A stretch of 64,000 nucleotides of DNA from Candidatus Saccharibacteria bacterium RIFCSPHIGHO2_12_FULL_47_16b (GTDB lineage Bacteria > Patescibacteriota > Saccharimonadia > Saccharimonadales > UBA10212): contig MGCU01000023.1 of assembly GCA_001790525.1 (NCBI GenBank), positions 5,659 to 69,658 of the forward strand. The letters are read 5' to 3'. Shown one piece after another: positions 49,560 through 60,076 of this stretch. The notes beneath the pieces were generated by a model. That model saw nothing but the letters and a program-made list of their open reading frames with translations. It made no database searches and was not told the DNA's origin. The first letter of the stretch is position 1, and each line of letters opens with the position of its first letter. The translations under genes were made by a program, and so were the position numbers.

Positions 49560-50215
49560 TTACTAGCCTCCCTAACGGTGGTTTTTTGACCAAGCCAAGC
49601 ATGGATAATTTCCACGGCTTTTTTGGATAAAACAATACTGTCTGCATTTAGCACATCAAAGACTGTCAAATAATTGGCGGCTACCGCTTGGACGTTGTCC
49701 AAATTCCTGGTAGCTCTATCAACTAACTCGTCCTTTTGTGAAACTACCAATAAGACCGAGCCTTTGGTGCCGATTTTCTGTAGCAGACTAATGGTTGGCT
49801 TAACTTGGCCGCTGGAACAATCGAAAGTTTCGATAACGCTAATTTTGTCGGAATTTGCGGCTAGGCTTAGAGCTTGACGCAACGCTTGGCGTTTAGTCTT
49901 GAGACCGATTTTACGCTGATAATTTTCGTAGCCAGTTGGACCAAAGGCCACACCGCCACCCCGCCAAATCGGGTTACGTCTGGAACCAAAACGCGCCTGT
50001 CCAGTACCCTTTTGGCGCCACGGTTTACGGCCGCCGCCGCGGACTTCGCCCCGTCTTTTAGTTTTAGCCAAGTTTGTTCTACCGCTCGATTGATAAGCCA
50101 GATAAGCATCCTGTAAAAGCTGATGGTTAATGTCGGTCTGACCAAATATAGACTTATCAAGCTTGGCTTCCGTCTCGGCTTTAGTGCCAGTTTTAGTATA
50201 GGTCGGTACCGCCAT
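49556..50215 (-). CDS. rplD: 50S ribosomal protein L4
   Basis: [23 protein letters not shown]. Confidence 0.96.
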   Translation of the reverse strand: MAVPTYTKTGTKAETEAKLDKSIFGQTDINHQLLQDAYLAYQSSGRTNLAKTKRRGEVRGGGRKPWRQKGTGQARFGSRRNPIWRGGGVAFGPTGYENYQRKIGLKTKRQALRQALSLAANSDKISVIETFDCSSGQVKPTISLLQKIGTKGSVLLVVSQKDELVDRATRNLDNVQAVAANYLTVFDVLNADSIVLSKKAVEIIHAWLGQKTTVREASK

Positions 50216-50340
50216 CAGGCGCTCCTTCCAGTTGCTTCAAGCTCTAAGTTCGAAGTTCTAAGCTCTAAATTTTGGTATTTAAAACTTCGAGTTTGGTATT
50301 TGTTTAGAGTTTCGAGTTTAGGAATTAAAGCTTTCTTCAT
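50215..50340 (-). other. Bridge mini-ORF 18 (rplC to rplD), 41 aa
   Basis: ATGA and TGATG overlaps; MKKALIPKLETLNKYQ...LEATGRSA*. Confidence 0.8.
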
Positions 50341-50951
50341 TTGGCCTCCTTCAATAAAACCAGGCCCTTTCTTGGACCTGGAATTGCACCGGCTACGCCA
50401 ATGAGGTTGTGCTTTGGATCAACAATGGCGATTTTGAGGTTTTTGACTGTCACTTGCTGGCCGCCCATTCGGCCAGCCATTTTTTTACCGGGGAAAATCC
50501 GCTGTGGAAACATCGAACCGATTGAGCCTGGGCGTCGGTAACTGCGGCCACCATGAGTTTTACGGCCACGGGCAAAGCCATGTCTTTTAATAACACCGGC
50601 AAAGCCTTTACCTTTGTTAACAGCCGTTGCATCTACTAAATCGCCAACCGAAAAAATATCGGCGGCCAGTTGGTCGCCGATATTAAGTTCTAGTTCAGCT
50701 TCGTCCTTAATCCGAAACTCGCGCATAATCCTGGCATTAGCCTTGGACTTTATAAGATGGCCCTCTTGGGCTCTGCCGATTTTTTTAGATTGTTCAGCGC
50801 CTAGCTGTATTGCCTGATAGCCATCTGTATCACTAGATTTGATTTGAGTAACTATATTCGGAGCGGCGGTCAGTAAGGTCACTGCGGTAGCTGCGCCCTT
50901 GTCGGAGAGCGTTGTCGTCATACCCAACTTTCTGGTAATTAGTGCTTTCAT
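50337..50951 (-). CDS. rplC: 50S ribosomal protein L3
   Basis: KLGMT, DGY.A.Q, KGKGFAG, GKKMAGRMG. Confidence 0.96.
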   Translation of the reverse strand: MKALITRKLGMTTTLSDKGAATAVTLLTAAPNIVTQIKSSDTDGYQAIQLGAEQSKKIGRAQEGHLIKSKANARIMREFRIKDEAELELNIGDQLAADIFSVGDLVDATAVNKGKGFAGVIKRHGFARGRKTHGGRSYRRPGSIGSMFPQRIFPGKKMAGRMGGQQVTVKNLKIAIVDPKHNLIGVAGAIPGPRKGLVLLKEAK

Positions 50952-51169
50952 TAACCGCGTCCTTTGCGCGTTTGTTTGAACATATAGCCGTAAAAATTAT
51001 TGTTGGCATATTAAAAAACTCTCGGTTTTAGCAGTTTCCTTTGATGTACTTTGCGATATTGGACTTACATAAAACCAAGATTGCAGAACTGCAATAGTTA
51101 ACAGATTAACACAATTAATCGACACTGGTCAAGTTGTAGTAAAAATTACAGTCGGCCTCAGGTGAGGCC

Positions 51170-51266
51170 GGAGGTCTGTCCTTGAACAAGGTAAGTGAAT
51201 AGTCGTTTTTACCAAAAAACACATTGCCTTTTTCAAGAACAGACCTCATCGCAAGGTCGGACCTCT
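51170..51266. repeat. REP-like inverted repeat
   Basis: GAGGTCTGTCCTTGAA...TTCAAGAACAGACCTC followed by AGGTCGGACCT. Confidence 0.55.
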
Positions 51267-51655
51267 TAAATTGTCGTTACTATTAATTGTCTGTCGCGAG
51301 GGCCGTCCAGCTCAACCAGCACAGCTCTTTGCCAAGTACCCAGAACTAGTTTTCCGTTTCGAACAGGTATACTTACGGAAGGTCCAATTATCGAACTGGC
51401 CAAATGGGCCGGCACATGAGCTGGATTATGTGGATGACGGTATTTGAGTTTTGGTATCATCTGCCAAACAGCGTCAAGTAAGTCGAGATCAGTTCCGGGA
51501 TCTAAATCGGCGGTCGTCACCGCACAAGTTGTATGCGCCGCGGAAACAATACATAATTTATCGCTAGCCTCAATTAGATTATTAACTTGCTCGGTAATGT
51601 CGATTACTTCTCGGTTTTGGCTGGTTTTTACTGTAAGCTCGATGGTTTTAGCCAT
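51266..51655 (-). CDS. yjbQ: YjbQ/UPF0047 family protein
   Basis: HTT, AHL, LGTWQ..LVELDGPR. Confidence 0.9.
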   Translation of the reverse strand: MAKTIELTVKTSQNREVIDITEQVNNLIEASDKLCIVSAAHTTCAVTTADLDPGTDLDLLDAVWQMIPKLKYRHPHNPAHVPAHLASSIIGPSVSIPVRNGKLVLGTWQRAVLVELDGPRDRQLIVTTI

Positions 51656-51712
51656 ACATCTATAATAACTAACTTTTGATTGGCGGAGATAGTTGAGGCA
51701 TTATATAAGCAT

Positions 51713-52135
51713 ATGCAGATTTATAGAGATGGTGATTCATATGTCGTTGTTCTAAAACTAGGCGAAGAGCTGTTTGAATCCCTGACTAATTTTGTTAAAC
51801 AAAATGAACTAAAGTCTGCTTGGTTTGATGGCCTTGGCGCCGCCAAAGAAGTTGAGCTTGGTTATTACCGGCTAGACGATAAGCAGTACTCCTGGAAAAC
51901 TTTTGTCGGACCATTAGAGATTACCGGTTTGCACGGTAACATGGTTTTAAAAGATGGCCAGCCAGTCTTTCACGCCCATGGTTCCTTCGCCGACGGATCT
52001 TATAAGGTCATTGGCGGTCATATAAAAAGACTTATGGTCGCCGGCACCTGTGAAATTTTGGTTTCAAAACTCAATTTAGCTCTGACTCGTAAGTTTGACG
52101 ATGAAGTCGGTCTCGAGCTACTTGAAACGAATTAA
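51713..52135 (+). CDS. PPC domain (DUF296) protein
   Basis: GLGA, LEI..L.GN, HAHG, GGH, TCE; ATG 51713. Confidence 0.88.
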   Translation: MQIYRDGDSYVVVLKLGEELFESLTNFVKQNELKSAWFDGLGAAKEVELGYYRLDDKQYSWKTFVGPLEITGLHGNMVLKDGQPVFHAHGSFADGSYKVIGGHIKRLMVAGTCEILVSKLNLALTRKFDDEVGLELLETN

Positions 52136-52266
52136 CCTAATTAACCTAATTTCTAATTAACCTAAATAATGACCTAATGTGCCAATGACTTAATGAGTAA
52201 AGTTTGGGATTAGGGTTTTGAATTTGTTTAGAGCAATTAGAACAATTAGTGCAATTAGAAATTTAA
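52132..52266. repeat. AT-rich palindromic repeat with ~9-nt period between convergent genes
   Basis: TTAACCTAA units facing CAATTAG units; no coupled mini-ORF. Confidence 0.65.
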
Positions 52267-52267
52267 T

Positions 52268-52603
52268 TTACATCTTGATCTCAGCATCGCACCCGGCTGG
52301 AAGGGTGAGATTCATAAGGGAATCGACAGTTTTCGGCGTTGGGTCGGTAATATCGATTAATCTTTTATGAACGCGCATTTCGTACTGTTCGCGGCCTTTT
52401 TTGTAAACATGGGGGCTTTTGACAACTGTAAAGGTACTTTTGCGGGTTGGCAGAGGTATTGGTCCGGCAATGTTAGCGCCGGTTCTTAAAGCTGTCTCGA
52501 TTATTTGTTTAGCTGATTGGTCTATAACCTTATGGTCATAGGCCTTCAGACGGATCCTTATCCGTTGCTTAATTTCTGACTCGTTTTTTTTGCTATCCGC
52601 CAT
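52268..52603 (-). CDS. rpsJ: 30S ribosomal protein S10
   Basis: [24 protein letters not shown]; ATG 52603. Confidence 0.96.
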   Translation of the reverse strand: MADSKKNESEIKQRIRIRLKAYDHKVIDQSAKQIIETALRTGANIAGPIPLPTRKSTFTVVKSPHVYKKGREQYEMRVHKRLIDITDPTPKTVDSLMNLTLPAGCDAEIKM

Positions 52604-52607
52604 AGTT

Positions 52608-52856
52608 TTATCGTGGTAAGGTGACCCCGGCCTGTTTAGCGGCTTCCAGTAGTTCGGCATTAAGCCTTAGAAGTTTAGCCTCCACACTAACTTTGGCGAA
52701 GTTTTTGTCAGTTATCACGCTACTTTTCATCTGTTTCAACATCGCATATATCTCTTTAACATCATTCTCTATAGCTTCGAGCTTGCCTTCGAGCGGCTTC
52801 AGCTCTTCGCGCATAATTGAACGAATTTCGCTTAAATCAGTTGCGGTCAAACTCAT
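52608..52856 (-). CDS. Small coiled-coil hypothetical protein
   Basis: 82-aa ORF after TAGAAT; stop 4 nt before rpsJ ATG. Confidence 0.65.
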   Translation of the reverse strand: MSLTATDLSEIRSIMREELKPLEGKLEAIENDVKEIYAMLKQMKSSVITDKNFAKVSVEAKLLRLNAELLEAAKQAGVTLPR

Positions 52857-52924
52857 AGTGTTGAGTATTCTAACATTAATTTGATCCGCTGCTTTATTTC
52901 CGGCTCAGCTTTTTTATCTGCCAT

Positions 52925-53230
52925 TTAGTGTCCAATCCTTATTACTTGACCGGGTTTTAGGTCGACTTTACGTTGAGTAGCCAGCATAAAGTTCTTCACG
53001 ATTACCTCAGCTGAGTCATCGTAAGCGATATCCTCATAGCCAACACGTTCACTCTCACTCTCCGGTGGAAAAACAACTTGTGGAGAGTTTTTTGTGTGCC
53101 AATAAACCGTAACTGAGCCATCAGCCTCCGCCATCATTGCGCCTGAGACGCCAGCATATGAGAAAATGCGTCGGAATGGGTCCTCGTCCGTTATGCGATA
53201 TGGAGCTCCGTGGAATTCGACTTTGCTCAT
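52925..53230 (-). CDS. Hypothetical protein
   Basis: 101-aa ORF starting 9 nt after the tuf stop. Confidence 0.6.
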   Translation of the reverse strand: MSKVEFHGAPYRITDEDPFRRIFSYAGVSGAMMAEADGSVTVYWHTKNSPQVVFPPESESERVGYEDIAYDDSAEVIVKNFMLATQRKVDLKPGQVIRIGH

Positions 53231-53239
53231 TAAATTAGT

Positions 53240-54421
53240 CTATTTTACGATTTTGGTAACGACGCCGGCGCCGACAGTTCGGCCGCCCTCGCGAATGGCA
53301 AACCGCAGACCTTGCTCCATGGCGATTGGTGCTTGCAATTTTACTTTGAAGGTAACAGTGTCGCCGGGCATGACCATCTCTTTATCGGCTGGTAGTTCAA
53401 CTTCGCCGGTTACGTCTGTCGTGCGGAAGTAAAACTGCGGTTTGTAGCCTTTGAAAAACGGCGTGTGACGACCGCCTTCTTCTTTGGTCAGAATGTAAAC
53501 TTCGCTGTCAAATTCAGTGTGCGGCGTAATTGAACCGGGCTTAGCTAGAACCTGGCCGCGCTCGATGTCATCGCGTTCGATTCCGCGCAGCAGTACACCA
53601 ACGTTGTCGCCAGCTTGACCTTGGTCAAGATTCTTCTTGAACATTTCAACACCGGTTACAACCACTTTCTTGGTTGGGCGAATACCGACGATCTCAACTT
53701 CCTCGTTGACTTTGACTACGCCGGTTTCCACACGACCGGTGGCAACTGTACCACGGCCTTTGATAGAGAACACATCTTCGACGGCTAACATAAAGGGTTT
53801 ATCAAGATCGCGCTTGGGCTCGGGAATGTAGTCATCCATCGCCTTAAGCAACTCCATTACAGCCTCTTCATTGGCGGCGTCACCCTCTAGGGCTTTAGTG
53901 GCCGAACCCTTAATGATTGGGCAATCCCTGTCAAATTCGTATTTTTTAAGCAGATCGCGCACGTCTTCTTCGACTAAATCAACTAGTTCAGGGTCGGCCA
54001 AGTCCATTTTGTTTAAGAAAACCAGAATACTTGGCACACCAACCTGTTTGGCCAGCAGCACATGCTCACGAGTTTGGGGCATCGGACCATCAGCCGCGCT
54101 AACAACTAAGATAGCGCCATCAATTTGGGCGGCACCGGTAATCATGTTTTTGATGTAGTCGGCGTGGCCGGGCATGTCAACGTGAGCATAGTGACGTTTT
54201 TCGGTCTCATACTCTTGATGAGATGTGGCAATGGTAATACCTCGGGCTTTTTCTTCTGGAGCGTTATCAATCTGTTCATAAGAAACCGGCTTATTGATAT
54301 CACTTGGTAGCTTTTTAGATAAGACGCTAGTAATAGCGGCTGTTAATGTAGTTTTGCCATGATCAACGTGGCCAATAGTGCCAACGTTAAGATGGGTCTT
54401 AGTCCGATCAAAATCTGCCAT
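53240..54421 (-). CDS. tuf: Elongation factor Tu
   Basis: [20 protein letters not shown]. Confidence 0.98.
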   Translation of the reverse strand: MADFDRTKTHLNVGTIGHVDHGKTTLTAAITSVLSKKLPSDINKPVSYEQIDNAPEEKARGITIATSHQEYETEKRHYAHVDMPGHADYIKNMITGAAQIDGAILVVSAADGPMPQTREHVLLAKQVGVPSILVFLNKMDLADPELVDLVEEDVRDLLKKYEFDRDCPIIKGSATKALEGDAANEEAVMELLKAMDDYIPEPKRDLDKPFMLAVEDVFSIKGRGTVATGRVETGVVKVNEEVEIVGIRPTKKVVVTGVEMFKKNLDQGQAGDNVGVLLRGIERDDIERGQVLAKPGSITPHTEFDSEVYILTKEEGGRHTPFFKGYKPQFYFRTTDVTGEVELPADKEMVMPGDTVTFKVKLQAPIAMEQGLRFAIREGGRTVGAGVVTKIVK

Positions 54422-54639
54422 TTTCTCTCCCTTTGCCCACCTAAACTTTTTTAAAGTTTGCGCGGGTTTTCATTATTAGATTAATTATTAAATGCATGAG
54501 TTGTTATCTTACCATGTGGCCGCCGTCCCGCCAGGGCGGGATTGCACCTGAACATGAGAATACTAATCACCCCCATGCGGATATGCGAGAATTATAGATA
54601 AACCTAAACGCTTTGTAAAGTGTAATTAGACAGGAATTC

Positions 54640-55638
54640 TTACGAAATTTCGTCCGGCTTTCTACCAGGCGTGCTATAATCACCGACCGGATGGATTATT
54701 GCGTATGGACCTAAGTCGAAATCTCCAAGCGAATTACTCATTGAGTCTCCAGGACCAAGGTCATAATGATCGACTACTCCTCTGTTGCGCGCGTAATTTA
54801 CACACCCAGTTAGATTAGTTGGTTTGGTCGTTTGCAGGACTAAGTTATTGATTATCGTCTTAGCGCGTCGCATGGGCCTAGCCGTCCTTGTCGCAATAAT
54901 TTCTAAAGTGCTATCTTTGACGCCACCTTCCCTTAGGATTTCGTCCATCATGTAAGCCAATTTTTCTTCAGTAGCTTTTACAAATTTACCGTGAGGCGGA
55001 AACGGCAAGTTATCCAACGCAATCACCCTTCTGACACCAGGAATATCCTCAAGCGCTGCCTTTAATGCAACTTTTTCCTCATTGACATATGTCACCATAG
55101 TTTTAAAAGGTGTGTGTTCACCTCCTAGATGCGAATTCTCAAATTCTTTTACAGTTTTTTTAATAGTGTGTTTCAATCTTTTTGGAGGTGCACTCCGATC
55201 GTGTATGACAACAAAACCCCCGCCCTTTCCGCCAGCTTCTTCTACCTGTGAGCGACCTCTTTCATACGCAGTTATAGCCGCATCACGAAGTGAAATCGCT
55301 CCACCGATAGCAGCCGCCGTGAACTCCCCGGAACTAACGCCTATAAGGTAATCAGTAAAAATCCCACATTCATTGAGTGCTTTGGCGCGGGCGTATCCAA
55401 CTCCGACATTGACCGCTTGGATCACCGCAGGGTCGGTAACGGCTATTTCGCTTCGGCAAACATCAATCACATCTACGCCCGTAGCTATTCCAATTTCTTC
55501 ATAGATTCTGTGTGTTTCCGAGCCCTCTGATAAAAGATCTTGGCCGTCTTTAAAGCTTTTTATGCCTTGGCCTGGAGCATAAAAGGCTATTCTGCGCTTA
55601 ACGGGCGGAGAAGTGAACTCCGCCACTCTACTTGACAT
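54640..55638 (-). CDS. FabD-like acyltransferase (malonyl-CoA:ACP transacylase fold)
   Basis: APGQG, IQ, GVSSGEFTAA, RG, PH, LGPG motifs. Confidence 0.7.
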   Translation of the reverse strand: MSSRVAEFTSPPVKRRIAFYAPGQGIKSFKDGQDLLSEGSETHRIYEEIGIATGVDVIDVCRSEIAVTDPAVIQAVNVGVGYARAKALNECGIFTDYLIGVSSGEFTAAAIGGAISLRDAAITAYERGRSQVEEAGGKGGGFVVIHDRSAPPKRLKHTIKKTVKEFENSHLGGEHTPFKTMVTYVNEEKVALKAALEDIPGVRRVIALDNLPFPPHGKFVKATEEKLAYMMDEILREGGVKDSTLEIIATRTARPMRRAKTIINNLVLQTTKPTNLTGCVNYARNRGVVDHYDLGPGDSMSNSLGDFDLGPYAIIHPVGDYSTPGRKPDEIS

Positions 55639-55653
55639 ACTTTTATTATAGCA

Positions 55654-56424
55654 TTATTTGCCAGATTTGGCAAAATCGGCTGCCACATTTCTGACTGGAT
55701 CAGTTAGTGAGGGCAAAATCAAGCTACACTTACGAAAGCTTGCGATTTTCTGAGCCCGCTGGTGGTGAGGGGTTAAGGGGTCTACAACTATTAGATTGGT
55801 TTCTTCTGGCTGAGTTTGATTTAAATTAACGTAGCCTACCGCTAATACAACGTGCTCTGGTAAGTCCATGCTTAATACGCTGCCTCTTGATAACTCTGTC
55901 AGAGCAACTCTAGCCAAATCTTCCCCGGCGAATTGAACATCGTAATAAGAAAAGTCAGCATCAGGAACGATTTCTTCAAAGTGTTCGCTAATCGCCAAAT
56001 TGCCAATTTTTACAACTTGATTTGATAGGATCAGTAGTTCAGCGTCGTTAAAGTATGACCTCAGCTCATCAGTCAAACTAGCATTAACGCGCTCGGCCGT
56101 TACCTGACTTATCTGCCCTTGCCAAAGCATGGCATTAAGTTGATTTGTGTTAACGCAGCTATGTATATCATTATTCTTGCTGTGTTGAGCTAATGGTGTT
56201 ATTTCGGCTGCCGGCTCTATATAATGCGTGACCGATAGATCAGTCATGCCTAATTCGTGTGAGCGGTATAGGAATAAAAGATAAGCCGCCCTTGATCTTT
56301 CCTCTTCCCAAATTTGACCGAGGGTCCTTGTAACAAGTGTCTCAGGACCAATCGTAATAGCTGGCTTGGGACCTACAATAATTGGCGCCTTTCGTCCAGC
56401 GGGCCTAAAACGAGGGTCTTCCAT
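55654..56424 (-). CDS. Hypothetical protein whose C-terminus copies the fusA end
   Basis: 256-aa ORF; SC / HVVLAVGY / VDP suggest a C39-like peptidase (weak); ends NVAADFAKSGK. Confidence 0.6.
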   Translation of the reverse strand: MEDPRFRPAGRKAPIIVGPKPAITIGPETLVTRTLGQIWEEERSRAAYLLFLYRSHELGMTDLSVTHYIEPAAEITPLAQHSKNNDIHSCVNTNQLNAMLWQGQISQVTAERVNASLTDELRSYFNDAELLILSNQVVKIGNLAISEHFEEIVPDADFSYYDVQFAGEDLARVALTELSRGSVLSMDLPEHVVLAVGYVNLNQTQPEETNLIVVDPLTPHHQRAQKIASFRKCSLILPSLTDPVRNVAADFAKSGK

Positions 56425-56439
56425 AAGAGATACTATAAA

Positions 56440-58527
56440 CTATTTGCCGGATTTGGCAATTAGGCCGGCTGCCACATTGGCCGGCACATCGGCATAGTGG
56501 TCCAGTTCCATCGATGACGAAGCCCTGCCCTGAGTCATGCTCCTAAGATTGGTGACATAGCCGAACATCTCGCCCAGCGGCGCAAAAGCCGTGATCTCTT
56601 TGATTCCAGGTGATAGATCTACCATCGATTCAATACGACCACGTTTAGAGTTAAGATCGCCAATCACATCACCCATAAACCCCTCAGGCGTGACAACCAC
56701 GATTTTCATAATTGGTTCCAGCAAAACCGGTGAGGCTTTTTTGACAGCATCCTGGAGGGCGGCCGAGCCGGCGATTTTAAAGGCTACTTCGCTCGAATCA
56801 ACGTCGTGATAGGAGCCATCATATAGCTCAACTTTAACGTCAACTACCGGATAACCGGCGATCACGCCATTAGCCATAGCTTCCTCGATACCAGATTTTA
56901 TGGCCGGAATAAACTCGCTCGGGATGGAGCCGCCTTTAATGCTGTTAATGAACTCAAAGCCCTTGCCAGCTTCATTTTGGAAAAGCCGTAGCCAACAGTG
57001 GCCGTACTGACCACGACCACCGGTTTGACGAATGTATTTACCTTCGGCCTCAACGCCGTCTTTACGAATGGTTTCGCGGTAAGCAACCTGCGGCTCACCG
57101 ACATTAGCATCAACTGTAAACTCGCGTTTCATTCGATCGGCGATTATTTCAAGGTGCAGCTCGCCCATTCCAGAAATGATTGTCTGACCGGTTTCATGGT
57201 CGATTTTCATCCTAAAAGTTGGATCTTCTTCAGCCAGCCGTTGCAAGGCTTGGCTCATTTTTTCCTGATCGGCCTTAGTTTTAGGTTCAATGGCAATACT
57301 GACTGGTGGATCGGGAAAAGTGATACTTTCTAAAACAATCGGGTGCGTTGGATCACAAAGCGTATTGCCGGTTGTAGTACCCTTAAGACCAACTATAGCG
57401 GCAATGTCGCCGGCTTCAATTTCGCTAACATCTTCGCGCTTGTTAGCGTGTAACCTAACAATTCGGCCAATTCTCTCTTTTTCTCCTGTGGAACTGTTGA
57501 GGATGTAGCTACCGGCTTCTACCTTTCCGGAATAGGCTCTAAAGAAGGCCAGTTTGCCAACAAAGGGGTCGGTGGCAATCTTGAAGGCTAAAGCTGCAAA
57601 TGGTTCGGAGGCGTCCGGCTTACGCTCAATTTTATCGCCGTTTTTAGGGTTTACTCCCCAAGTCGAGCCACGGTCCAACGGGCTAGGTAGAAAATCAGTT
57701 ACAGCGTCGAGTAATTTCTCAACGATGACGCCCCGGCCATCCCCGCCAGAAACGGCAAAAAACTTACCGGTCAACACCGCCGTGCGGATAGCCTTACGAA
57801 TTTCATCTTCCGAGAGTCCCTCTTCGCCAACCTCCAAATACTTTTCAAGCATTTGCTCATCTTCAGCCACAGCATTCTCAACCAAAAGCGAACGGTATTT
57901 TTTGACTTGATCGGTCATATCGGCTGGTATCTCGCCTTCTATCAAGTTCTTGTCATGGTACTCCTTATAGATGTAAGCCTTCATGGTAATCAGATCGACC
58001 ACGCCATTGACATTTTGTTCAAAGCCAATTGGTAGATGAATCGGAAAGGCTCGTTTGGAAAGTCGGTGATGGATACTGTCCAAGCTTTTATAAAAATCGC
58101 CGCCGGTCTGGTTGATTTTGTTAATAAAACAAAGCCGCGGCACGTTATATCTATCGGCCTGGCGCCAAACGGTCTCGGACTGTGATTCGACGCCCATCTT
58201 GCCATCAAAGACAACCACCGCGCCGTCTAATACTCGTAAGCTGCGCTCGACCTCAACCGTAAAGTCAATGTGGCCGGGCGTATCAATGATGTTAATTTTT
58301 TTATCTTTCCAAAAACAAGTCACGGCGGCAGCTGTAATGGTAATACCGCGCTCTTTTTCTTGGGCCATCCAGTCAGTTGTGGTATCCCCGGTATGGACTT
58401 CACCGATTTTATGCTTTAAGCCGGTTCGATAAAGGATAGCCTCGGTGGTGGTCGTCTTGCCCGCATCAATGTGAGCAATAATGCCGATGTTCCGTAGATT
58501 CTCTAATGGGTATTTTTTATCTACCAT
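56440..58527 (-). CDS. fusA: Elongation factor G
   Basis: [22 protein letters not shown]. Confidence 0.98.
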   Translation of the reverse strand: MVDKKYPLENLRNIGIIAHIDAGKTTTTEAILYRTGLKHKIGEVHTGDTTTDWMAQEKERGITITAAAVTCFWKDKKINIIDTPGHIDFTVEVERSLRVLDGAVVVFDGKMGVESQSETVWRQADRYNVPRLCFINKINQTGGDFYKSLDSIHHRLSKRAFPIHLPIGFEQNVNGVVDLITMKAYIYKEYHDKNLIEGEIPADMTDQVKKYRSLLVENAVAEDEQMLEKYLEVGEEGLSEDEIRKAIRTAVLTGKFFAVSGGDGRGVIVEKLLDAVTDFLPSPLDRGSTWGVNPKNGDKIERKPDASEPFAALAFKIATDPFVGKLAFFRAYSGKVEAGSYILNSSTGEKERIGRIVRLHANKREDVSEIEAGDIAAIVGLKGTTTGNTLCDPTHPIVLESITFPDPPVSIAIEPKTKADQEKMSQALQRLAEEDPTFRMKIDHETGQTIISGMGELHLEIIADRMKREFTVDANVGEPQVAYRETIRKDGVEAEGKYIRQTGGRGQYGHCWLRLFQNEAGKGFEFINSIKGGSIPSEFIPAIKSGIEEAMANGVIAGYPVVDVKVELYDGSYHDVDSSEVAFKIAGSAALQDAVKKASPVLLEPIMKIVVVTPEGFMGDVIGDLNSKRGRIESMVDLSPGIKEITAFAPLGEMFGYVTNLRSMTQGRASSSMELDHYADVPANVAAGLIAKSGK

Positions 58528-58532
58528 ACTAG

Positions 58533-58985
58533 TTATATCTCTATAGTTCTATCGATTATTTTACGGCTCATCCTTGAAGCTGCTTTTTGCACTGCTTCGT
58601 CATGTCGCGTCTTACGCTCCTCAATCTCAGCAACAGGTTGTTTTGATAAATTTTTTCTCTCTAATAACATTTGTACGGCAAGGCATTTTTTTGGTCTTTC
58701 GCCGATAGCCGGCATAAGGCAACCTTGCATGGCTTCAGCAACTTCTTCTGGAGTTGCATCTTTAGAAGATAATCCTAGATCTATTCGAGATATAAGTCTT
58801 CGCGAGCTCAGAGCGACTATCGCCAATCGTTCTGTGTTTGATGAGAAACCTTGAGCTATACTCTGCCACGAACCGGATTGCTTCATATACTTATCGATTT
58901 CATAGCCTAGCGGAGAATTTCCCAGTCTCCTTCTGAAGACACATCGGGCACAAGGCTCCACCATAATTCTTTCGGCGCCTATCAT
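58533..58985 (-). CDS. Hypothetical protein
   Basis: 150-aa ORF with CxxC between rpsG and fusA. Confidence 0.5.
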   Translation of the reverse strand: MIGAERIMVEPCARCVFRRRLGNSPLGYEIDKYMKQSGSWQSIAQGFSSNTERLAIVALSSRRLISRIDLGLSSKDATPEEVAEAMQGCLMPAIGERPKKCLAVQMLLERKNLSKQPVAEIEERKTRHDEAVQKAASRMSRKIIDRTIEI

Positions 58986-58988
58986 AAT

Positions 58989-59066
58989 TTAAGACCTCGC
59001 AAAGTGGGCCCCTCGACTACGCTCGGGGTTCATTTTACTTTTATTATTTCGTAACTCTTGACTCAT
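58989..59066 (-). other. Possible additional bridge mini-ORF, 25 aa
   Basis: GAGTAAA-type heptamers plus a REP; MSQELRNNKSKMNPERSRGAHFARS*; stop 3 nt before the next ATG. Confidence 0.4.
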
Positions 59067-59086
59067 TACTCTTTACTCCAGGGCGT

Positions 59087-59566
59087 TTATGATCTTGCAA
59101 AATGAGCAAATGCCCTATTGGCTTCGGCCATTTTATGAACATCTTCTTTTTTCTTAACGGCTGCGCCGGTGCCGTTGTAAGCATCGACCAGTTCGGCAGT
59201 AATTCGTTTTTCCATGGGCATGCCTTTACGATCGCGGGCGGCGGCCACAAACCACATTATTGTTAGGTGTTGCTGACGCTGGCCTTTAACTTCAACCGGA
59301 ATTTGGTAATTAGCGCCGCCGATCCGCCGAGCCCTAGTCTCAAGATGAGGTTGGATATTGGCAAAACCTTTTTCCAGTACCTCCAGCGGGTTATCAACTT
59401 TTAATTTATCTGCAGCCTGTTGCATGCCGCCGTAGACTAGTCGTTCGGCCAGTTGCTTTTTGCCGTTTAACATCACTCGATTAATTAGTTTACTTACCAG
59501 TTTGCTGTTATATAGACGATCTGGCTCAACATCGCGCACCAAAGATTTTGTAGTCTTACGCGGCAC
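59087..59566 (-). CDS. rpsG: 30S ribosomal protein S7
   Basis: GKK..AE, RRIGGANYQIP, MAEANRAFAH. Confidence 0.97.
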   Translation of the reverse strand: MPRKTTKSLVRDVEPDRLYNSKLVSKLINRVMLNGKKQLAERLVYGGMQQAADKLKVDNPLEVLEKGFANIQPHLETRARRIGGANYQIPVEVKGQRQQHLTIMWFVAAARDRKGMPMEKRITAELVDAYNGTGAAVKKKEDVHKMAEANRAFAHFARS

Positions 59567-59663
59567 GGTGACCTCCGGTCAGAGTAACTAGAAAATAGGA
59601 ACTAGGAAATAGTAAAGCTAATTCCTGATTGCTAATTACTAATTTCTTAAAAATGCGTAGCAT
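59556..59663 (-). other. Bridge mini-ORF 19 (rpsL to rpsG), 35 aa
   Basis: MLRIFKKLVISNQELALLFPSSYFLVTLTGGHRAA*; ATG 2 nt after TAA; stop inside the rpsG start. Confidence 0.78.
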
Positions 59664-59665
59664 TT

Positions 59666-60076
59666 TTATTTACCCTTCTTGACGCCGTACTTACTGCGGC
59701 CTTTTTTACGATCCTGAACACCTTGCAGATCCAGATGGCCGCGGACAATGTGATAACGCACGCCGGGCAAGTCCTTAACTCGACCACCTCGAACTAATAC
59801 CACGGCGTGCTCCTGTAAATTATGCCCTTCACCGCCAATATAAGCCCAAACTTCATGGCCGTTAGTTAAACGCACACGGGCGACCTTACGCAGCGCCGAG
59901 TTTGGTTTTTTAGGAGTCTTGGTGGTAACCCGAATACAAACGCCGCGTTTAAACGGCGACGGTTTTTCATAACTTTTGGTTTTAAGGTTGTTAACCACGC
60001 GCTGCAGCGCCGGCGATTTGGTTTTGGCTTTGGCCGATTTACGAGGCTTCTTAACAAGTTGATTAATGGTTGGCAT
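59666..60076 (-). CDS. rpsL: 30S ribosomal protein S12
   Basis: MPTINQLV from ATG 60076; [11 protein letters not shown]. Confidence 0.97.
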   Translation of the reverse strand: MPTINQLVKKPRKSAKAKTKSPALQRVVNNLKTKSYEKPSPFKRGVCIRVTTKTPKKPNSALRKVARVRLTNGHEVWAYIGGEGHNLQEHAVVLVRGGRVKDLPGVRYHIVRGHLDLQGVQDRKKGRSKYGVKKGK

